64,000 nt of DNA from Octopus vulgaris (taxonomy: Eukaryota), in the NCBI GenBank assembly GCA_951406725.2, contig OX597816.1, positions 31,434,001 to 31,498,000 of the forward strand. Reading direction: 5' to 3'. The notes under the pieces were generated by a model. It ran no database searches. It saw only the letters and a list, made by a program, of their open reading frames with translations, and was not told the origin of the DNA. The position numbers were made by a program, and so were the translations under genes. Positions 55,533 through 64,000 of this stretch are shown here, piece by piece (position 1 is the stretch's first letter; each line of letters starts with the position of its first letter).

Positions 55533-55753
55533 AGGCATTTACATGCGGAATAAATGGAAATATATATATATATACTGTCTATTAATTTTAAGCCATGAAT
55601 CAGAAAGCTATAAAGCTGCTTACAGATACATAGAATCAATGATATCTTTGCAAGTATCTTCTCGTGAATTAGTTGCTCTGTATTGAAATACCCACTACAC
55701 ACACACAGACACACACACAGACACACAAAAAAAACACACACACACAAACATAC

Positions 55754-55838
<85 letters not shown>

Positions 55839-56068
55839 AATGTGACGAAAGAGCAAAATTGAGCACTTTTGATATCTCTTCTCTATCACGCGTGTTTCAT
55901 TGATGCTTTATCTCAATGTGAATTTGTTCATAATCTTATTTCTATGTCGAATGGAATTTTAATAGGAGATTCCTTACATGTAGTCGTTTGTAATTCCTGT
56001 TAGCAGACGAAACACGTGTAATATAGAGAAACTAATACCGAAACTTTCCACATTCATGTCTAGTTTAA

Positions 56069-57200
56069 TACGAAGGATACCCAAAAGTAACCGGAACATT
56101 CTCTGTGGGATAAGGGAATTGTAGTTCAGGCTTCTGCCGCTAGGAGTCATTTGATGCAGTCCACAGGTATCAGACTGCTGATAAGCATCCTTAGTTGATG
56201 TCGTACTGTCAGTCGTGTGCCTTTATTTGTCTGTGCGTCTCCCTTATTCATCGGTCATTGCGATGGTTGAAGCGAAGGAACAGCGTGTTTCCATGAAATT
56301 ATGTCTTCTTCCCGGGAAAACGGTGGCAGAAACATTTGTCTTGTTTCCAACACCTGCCATTAACAAAAGCTGCCATTAGCAAAACGCAAGTTTAAGAGTT
56401 GTTTTCACGCTTTAGGAATGGTCACGTATCTCGTTGAAGGTGAACTTCGATCTCCTAAACGAACGAAAATAACACAAACATTCATGAACTGACCATCGCA
56501 GAGCAATTGCCGAACTTGTTGATATGACTAGTGTGATCTGGAGCTCTTGTTGACGAATTGTGAGCAAGGAATTGCAAATGAAATCAGTTTCACCATAATT
56601 TGTGAGTCATTTGCTATCGAAGATAGAAATTAGTCTCGAATGAATTCATGTCGGGAACTGAAGGTAAAGGTAGAAGTTAAATTGAGTCATTTAATTCGAA
56701 GATCACTACTGGTGATAAAAGCTGGTGTTACGGCTACAACTCGGAAACGAAGCAGTAATCGGGTCAATGCAACAATTCGATGACATCAAAAGTGCGTCAT
56801 GTGAAGTCCAATGTCAAGATGATAGGGATTTGCTTTATCAATGCAATAGAAATTGTCCTCATAGACTTTGTTCCACCTAGTGAAACTGTTAACTAGCCAT
56901 TTTACTTGACAGTTCTGATTCAATTCCTAGAGTTGGAGTAACGAAAACACACCGATCATGGCAAAGGCGATAATATGGCTTTCCTCACGGCAACGTGCTT
57001 GTGCACAACACCTTGATTTTGAGACAGTTTTTGCCAGAAAAGATATGATCCATTGTGCAACTCGTCTATTTGCGAGATCTTGCTCCCTGCGATATTTTTG
57101 TCTTCCTCCTAATGAAAAAATACTTAAAAGAACATATTTTACAAATGTGGTTATGAAAGACACGGCGATGGCGTAAAAAAGGCTTCACTTCGCAAGAGTG
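56069..57200 (+). mobile_element. Mariner transposon relic (different subfamily from 2647 and 51152)
   Basis: TA|CGAAGGATACCCAAAAGTAACCGGAA terminus; EQRVSMKLCLLPGKTVAETF; ITTGDKSWCYGYNSETKQ*S (cf. ITGDETWCYGYDPETKQQS); KVRHVKSNVKM. Confidence 0.85.
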
Positions 57201-57269
57201 TCACACACAGACACAGACAAACACACACATAAACACACACATACACACATATATAATATTCTTGACTCC

Positions 57270-58195
57270 GAGGTTTTGGCCAGCTCACCCATGATCGAAC
57301 TTTTGTGCATTTGATTTCGTCTTGGTTTTATATAATTTCTGTTAACTTGTTTAGGTTATGCTTAGTTCTGTGAAGTGATATTGAGGTTGTATAGTAGGCT
57401 CTAGCAGGAAAATGTCATAGGGAACATAATTTGTTAAAGTTCAGATTGTGTTAAAATTTAGAATTTATTCACACGTATCGTCAATGAGGTTGATGCAATC
57501 CAGCCTCAAAATGTATGGTGACTCATTGTGTTGGTTATGTAGAGGGTAATTTAGCACTGGTGAGTGGTTTTGTGAGATATTTGGATCCTCATTTGCTTTT
57601 GTTTATTTCCAGTGGTTGTTTCATTCTTGGGTCGTGACTCAAATGTGGAATATGTTGGTGAATAATGTTGTAATTCCCTGCGCTGTTCGGCAGAGTGCTG
57701 TAATAAACGTTAAAAATATTTGGCGTATGTGAAGTGTTTCTGCTTTGTTTCTCGTAATTCTTGAATATCCATTGATTTGACACGCTCTTTTCCATTGTCT
57801 CATAACATTGAAGACTGCTTTCTTTCAAGTATCATTTGTTTTAATTGCTGGAGTCATTCATTGAGAGCTCGAAAATTTGAAACAATTGTGCAGATTCTTC
57901 TTGCTATATTCAATGGCATATTAATCTTCTCGTAGTTGTAATGGTGTGAGTAGAACAGCAGGTATTGTCTAGAAACATTTACTTTGTAATTAATGTCTTT
58001 TTGAATAATTTTGTGTCTGCTTCGGTTATTAGAATGTTCAGGAATGGTAGTTGAGTTTTACTGTATTCCATGGTGAGATTATTACTATTGTCTTTGGTGT
58101 CAACGAGATTTTAGAAATCAATAAGCTGGTCAAATATATTCATCCACAGAATCAGGCAGTTATCTAAGTAATAACTTCAGTTATCTAACAAATGA

Positions 58196-58271
<76 letters not shown>

Positions 58272-58600
58272 GAGCTATAAGTTGATTTAGATCTTTCATA
58301 AATCTGGAGCACCAGGTATACATGACTAAATTAGTGTACGTTGGAGCATTTTTGTATCCAACACAGTCCCAGATACATACTTGTAAACGCTTACATCAAA
58401 ATCAGATAACTTATTTACAGGGAGGGATTTTAATTTTTCGGTGAAGAAAATGCTTTCAATTACCTCTGCTATTACACGATTGAATTTTTCGAACTAGAAA
58501 TATATTGTCTCAAGCATGGTTTACTACATAAACTAAGGCAATGATATTTTCTTTGTTGATTCCGTATGTATTTTAAAATAGGACATATTGACAGAAAATA
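57270..58600 (-). mobile_element. Penelope-like RT relic, interrupted by (TA)n
   Basis: KNAPTYTNLVM (cf. GTKMAPTYANLVMG), YYLDNCLILW (cf. RYLDDCFIIW), LTMEYSKTQLPFLNILI, HDPRMKQPL. Confidence 0.8.
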
Positions 58601-59184
58601 TTAACGGATATATAAATAATAAGGCAAATAAATATTAGAAAAAATTTGCTTTTAGACCCAGTTGACAAAATTCCTGACACGCGATTGTACAAATCGAAAA
58701 TGAGAGACTAAATATGAAGCGAATGAAGCGCAAAACTTCCAATAATATTATAAGCCTAATTACATGATCATCCCCTACGGTACTTGGCAGAATATATTCA
58801 GAGATCCACGATTATTTGGGACTATAACAAACACGTTCACTCAAAAGTGACAGCATATAGTTATTAAGAATGGACATAGCGGAAAAGACCTCCAGAGGAC
58901 CATCATAAATTCTGTTCTCTAGATATTAATGCTCAAAATATCCATTCGGCCAGGAAGTTGGCAACAATTTATTGCCACGTTAGTAATACGTACCTGGAAA
59001 TATGCTCACTGGTTTAGATTCAAAGATTGCAATCCCTCCTTAAAAAGTGTTCTGTGTCTACATTTCAATCATCTACGTGTGTTGGAGCGCATTAGTTTTG
59101 CTACATTTATGTCATTTAGAGATTTTATTACTAGCTGCTTTGCTCGTTATGAGATCACCGGCGGTCTGCCGCTTCTGTAGCAGG

Positions 59185-59229
59185 CAGGTACCGATGAAGG
59201 GTAAAGATTCATAAACCATGGTCTGCTGG
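59185..59229 (+). ncRNA. Degenerate hammerhead motif
   Basis: GGTA CCGATGA AGGGT AAAG ATTCA TAAA CCATGG TC^ TGCT. The palindromic ACCATGGT stem III and GUC triplet are intact; U4 and G12 are mutated. Confidence 0.5.
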
Positions 59230-59522
59230 TTTTGCCAATCTGGAGGGGAGTATTAATATTTACTGAATCCCAGGTTTTATGCGCTAAACCACTTAATGTT
59301 AAATTGATGATGTTATTAAATTAATATCTAAGTTTTTCACCCTTATTTTTGATTTTAATTATACTGCAGTAAATTATTTATGCAGTATTTGTTTCCGGAA
59401 ATTTTGGCGCGTTATAACGAGGGCATTTGAATCATAACTGCGACTATAATAGGCTGAACTACTCATGTATTTGACTTTGTGTTAAAATCTGGCGTGCAGT
59501 TCAGAAAATTATATTCATGACG

Positions 59523-59601
59523 AATCCTAATGATGAGCTGTGGATTTATTGTGTAAGTAAAATTGCATAATCTATTAACAGTGAAACAATTGTTTAGGTT
59601 T
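59523..59601 (+). ncRNA. Type I hammerhead motif with long stem II (C3 changed to A)
   Basis: AATCCTA ATGATGA [GCTGT GGATT..AATCT..ACAGT] GAAA CAATTG TT^ TAGGTTT. Stem III is the palindrome ACAATTGT; stem I is CCTA/TAGG. Confidence 0.72.
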
Positions 59602-59751
59602 AATCTACATTTTTTGTTATTTTTCATTTGTCCTGCTCGCTTACGTTCATAGTTGTGCTAATTTTCCTTCAGAACAATTCTTGGTGGTTGAGACCATTGC
59701 GGATCTACTTTTAGCGCAAGAGCGTCCACATAGTGGATTCTCTCTTATATT

Positions 59752-59792
<41 letters not shown>

Positions 59793-60519
59793 GGTAACTG
59801 TTAGTGTCAAGTAGTTAAATAGATGTATTCATACATCCATGTGTTTTATGTTGTATATAGTATGCATAAGTGCATCTACCATGTATTCAGGTTTTACGCT
59901 ACATGGTCACTACAGTAAATGTTTGGCTTCGGCAGTATTAATTGGACTGTTAGACGAGTTCGTAAGGGGAGATTTTGATAATTTTCTGAATCTGTACCTT
60001 ATACTACAAATTGATATTATAAACAGACAATTCGTATATATTTAAACAACTGACTGATCAATTTTTTAAATAACCCTTTTAAATTCAATGAATGAGCTTG
60101 GTGAGTAAAACTTATTTCGTTGCTATTCACATTCTCAAAATAAATGCTCTATTTTCTATCGCTTTGCTTCTTGTCCCTCTTTCTGTCTCATCGTTTAAAG
60201 ATTCTATATTTATCTTGATATGGAAGTGAGTGAAAATGCACGAGAGAGGGAGGGAGTGTGACGAAAATTTTGAAAGGGAATGTGTGTATAACAACGTCGG
60301 GTAGTGCATATTTGTATGTATGCATATATGAGTGCGCGCGTGTGCATACGTATATGGTGCTGTTCTTATTTAATGTGTTGGTTGTTAAATTGCATTTGCT
60401 ATATCTTTATTTAAATACTTTATGCTCAGAATATTTGATTTTGCTTGAAGTCCGTGTATATGAGCCTCCATTGGTGTCTATATTTACGTATAGACAAAGA
60501 AGCCCGGTCCTATAATTAC

Positions 60520-60815
60520 ATTTGGGATGGTACGCATAAAAAAGGGTCACGAATGACCATGAGATTGCACCTAGAAAGTGATCCTCAGTTACACTAGTCC
60601 AGGGAGGTTTGTTTATGAAAGAGCAGCAATATCCCCAAAATACCACCCTCCTCATTCCACGCCGTTGATGAGTACCGAGTTAAAGACAAAAGCCGACACA
60701 GCTCGGCACCAGTAACGTCGTACCTCCTTTCTAAAGCTGAGTGAACTGCAGGAACTTGAAATAAGAACACAACACATAGCCCGGTCTTAGTATCGAAATC
60801 ACTATCTCGTGATTG
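60520..60815 (-). mobile_element. Degenerate SINE related to 63329-63650
   Basis: GAATGACCATGAGATTGCACCTAGAA is the reverse complement of the TTCTAGATGCAATCTCATGGTCATTC block at ~63601 (one mismatch). Confidence 0.7.
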
Positions 60816-60974
60816 GGTTGCACACAGATATATGCATATATATAGCTGCAGTTACATGCGTGCGTGTGCCTGTGTGAGAGTGTGTCTGTGTGTGTTTGTA
60901 TGTCTGTATGCATTTATATAGTAAAACATATGGAGACGGACAATATATTATATTATGTATATATAAACTTGTTA

Positions 60975-61215
60975 GGGCGGTGACCTGGCAGAACCGTTAC
61001 CTACCGGGTAGTAGCAAAAACAAAAACAAAATAAAAACACAATAAAAATAGCACTTCGCCCGTTATCAATTTTCTCAGTACAAATTTTTCCGAGGTCGAC
61101 TTAGTCTTTCATCCTTTCGGTAACTGTAAATTAGTACCACTTGACAACTGGGATCACGGTAATCAATTTAGTACTTCTCTGAAATTGTTAGACTTGTGCA
61201 AATATTTGAAACCAA
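60975..61215 (+). mobile_element. SINE (family of 21235)
   Basis: GGCGGTGACCTGGCAGAACCGTTA head; CCGAGGTCGACTT..CATCCTTTCGG; AATATTTGAAACC tail. Confidence 0.75.
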
Positions 61216-61260
61216 TATAGTTTCTAGTTGGAAAAATTGATTTATTTCTTGAAAAGGTAA

Positions 61261-61732
61261 TGTTTTGCAAGCTTTTCGAACAGAATTTATAAGTTCCTTT
61301 GGATCTAAGGAATTACAACCGTGTTTCGTGGTCTGCTACCACAACAGCTCCTTTATAGGATCCAGTTAGCACAATACATCATCAGGAGGAACCGCGTCCG
61401 GTTTCAGCCCCTATTTCTCTACCATATGATGTGGCACCCCCTTCCCTTTCGGAGGTGTCTTCAGATCTGGTGTTGGATGCATGTCTTCTTTCTTCTTCTT
61501 TCTTCTCTTCCCTGGCCTCTTCGATGTATCGTCAACGAGTGTCAGCCGGTGACTGACTGACTTGTCAATTATTTCCCTTTAAATACCTGCCGCAAGACAC
61601 CAGCAGGCAGCCCCAGCAAGTTGTCACGTGATACTTTCTCACCTTAACTGACTAGTGAAGGCGCGTAGTTTTAGACCGAGCATTCTGTAAACGACTGTCA
61701 GCGAAGCTGATTCAATGTCAGCTTGCCTCACA
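61261..61732 (-). mobile_element. Candidate solo LTR
   Basis: Higher-GC 470-bp block bounded by TGT..ACA, with a TATA-like TATTTAAA and a distal TATAAA on the minus strand. No clean TSD. Confidence 0.3.
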
Positions 61733-63328
61733 TAATGTTGCTATTTAGAATAACGAGGAATGTATCAACTTTTTTTATTATTTGCTACCTATGTCGAGGT
61801 AACTTCAAATTTTATTACTGAGATCGATATGAAATTTGAAGAATTCCATCAAATCCTGTGGTTGTTAATATTCTACAACCTGTTTTTCTTTTCCATTTAC
61901 ATTCTTGCAAGTAACAATTAAATGGTCAGTTAAGCAATTACTATTATTGTAATTATTCATACTTAAAGAATGATTAGACTGGTGAAATATCCAATCAACA
62001 GTGTGATCAATGTTAGTTACATAATATCAGAGAACTATCAAATACATCAAAGACAAGGATATGAGACACTATATTGATGTGAGCGACACTCGTCTTTAGA
62101 CTAAGCTGAATTATCATTTCTGTAATGTAAATGTCGAAATAGTTTTGTGCTAGTACAATGTAGAATAATTAACTTCTAACCTTTCTTTAAAGAATGGTAG
62201 AATTAATTAATTATGGTGTGAAAATTCGACTGAATGTTATTAGTCTCTTCAATATTAGTGCGTGAAACTAACTACGAAACTTTTTTTCCGGAGAGATTCG
62301 CAAACTGATGTAATGATTGAGTGTATCACACACGTCCATATGATTATAATGTGTTTAATAGTCAGCTAAGAAAGATGCTCAGACCGTATTATATAATCAG
62401 ACAGATTACACTGTTGAGCAATTTTCTGTCCAACAAAGACCGGCCATTGAAAATGCTTGAAAGAAGCACTCTTTCTGCAGGGGCAGAGTACCTTTCTGCT
62501 GATATATATTGGCTTACTAGATAAGTAAATCCTTTTTGAGATACTACCCCGGGAAATATGCTGCAGTCGAAAGGGTATACATATTAAATGTAAAATATAG
62601 TTGGATATCTGTGTGTGCGTGAATGCGTGTGTGCATGTGTGTGTGTGTGCATGAGTGAAGGAAATATATCGCTGTCACCGAAAAGTGACAAGTGTGTAGG
62701 GAGTACCGGTATTGCTAGAAATAACAGTCAGAGATTCCTTCGCCACAGAAAGCAAATTCTATTTAACCGACAGGGAAGACATCCTCGCCGCGAGTAAAGT
62801 GCAGTAAATTAGCATGCTAATTAATGGTCATCAGTAATGCTTACTTCATCGAGGGTGGTGAGGCTAAACTTTCGTCTGTTACTATTTATCGAATTTATCA
62901 TAGGAATCAGGGGCTGATTCCGCTAAATGGTAATGTAAAAATTATAAAATAAAGTAACTAAATGCAGATTACAACCAAACAATTCATGTGTTAATTGAAT
63001 GATAGTTGTCTCGCACCAGATGTGGTATTCTTTGTTGATCTTACTGACACGGAACAATAGATTATACATATTAACAAATATGAATGCTTGTTTACAATCA
63101 GAACACCTAATAGTATACAATAGATAATTAATGTCTATTCCTAAAAATGTGTATTGATTTTTGTTGGCAATTTTGGAGTATAGGCTAGTTGATTAAATCT
63201 ACCCCAATGCGCTAAACTGCAGCGTATTTCATCGACAGCGAAAATATGAGAGGCAATGTAAACCTCTTTGTATTTTGCATTAATGGCACCAGCTACATGA
63301 ATTTATGGAAGCATAGTCAATGTTGAAT

Positions 63329-63650
63329 GGCGCATGGCTCAGTGGTTACGTCGGGCTCACAATCATGAAGCAGTGTGTTCGATTCCCGGAACGGGCTGTG
63401 TGTTGTGTTCTTGAGCAAGACATTTTATTTCATGTTGTTCCAGTTCACTCAATTGTGGAAATGCGTTGTCACGTCACTGGTGCTAAGCTGTATCACCTTC
63501 GGATAACATCAGTGGTGTGAAGAGGGGAGGCTGGTATTCATGGGCGACTGCTAGTCTTCCGTAAACAAACTTTCTCGGACATGTGCCTCGGAGGGTAACG
63601 TTCTAGATGCAATCTCATGGTCATTCATGCATGAAGTGGGTCTTTACACT
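63329..63650 (+). mobile_element. tRNA-derived SINE
   Basis: GGCGCATGGCTCAGTGGTT (A box)..GTGTTCGATTCCC (B box)..TGTGTTCTTGAGCAAGACA (CORE-like block). Confidence 0.8.
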
Positions 63651-64000
63651 TTATACTTTAGCCAATGTTGAATACTCATGAAAGCTATGCGTGCTTTTAC
63701 ATACACACATACACACACACACACATATGTAAAATTTGTGTTCAAGTATATTTGTGACATTAAGCATAACAAAGCAGAAATGGATCAAAAGGGTGTCACT
63801 GATCCTATTTTGGTCAATTAGAACATTTTTCACAAATGAGAATTTTGTCTCCCACGTAAACTGCAGTGAAATTGCGTTTAGTAGTTAAACTATGTCGAGA
63901 TTTATTTGAACTAATTTCAAGTTTATTTCCCATCACATTTTTATTCCACTTTTGCAATTTACATTACTTTCACTTTCTTTAATACTCTTCCTTAGACTGA

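Larger units (their letters stand above)
58600..59755 (+). mobile_element. Oppositely oriented Penelope 3' segment / pLTR with two hammerhead motifs, ending in (TA)n
   Basis: Hammerhead motifs at 59185-59229 and 59523-59601. Weak GIY-YIG-like traces at ~58750-59050. Head-to-head with the 57270-58600 RT relic. Confidence 0.55.

Noticed and set aside
62820-62880. GAAA...CTGATGA on the minus strand, or a 31-nt micro-exon
   Set aside because: No pairing stems for a hammerhead, and the acceptor lacks a pyrimidine tract.

Overview
AT-rich, microsatellite-saturated eukaryotic DNA. The tRNA-derived SINE families and the (TA)n/(TAA)n load point to an octopus genome; this is an inference from recognised repeat types, not a database result. 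No intact protein-coding gene is supported, and most ORF-track entries are translations of microsatellites. The window is mostly decayed transposons: a Helitron PIF1-helicase relic, three mariner transposons, two co-oriented stacks of R4/Dong-like LINEs tied to (TAA)n tracts, an RTE-like LINE, several Penelope-like RT relics and many SINEs. The most notable signal is non-coding. At least seven type I hammerhead-ribozyme motifs, most with one or more core changes, lie in short, largely sequence-unrelated Penelope pLTR/retrozyme-like elements. Each has a palindromic (or near-palindromic) stem III, and three have long hairpin insertions in stem II. Three elements (4.1-4.7, 36.8-37.6, 38.3-39.0 kb) share one head-to-head, circularly permuted architecture. 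In each, one arm starts 0, 20 or 19 nt downstream of the predicted self-cleavage site.
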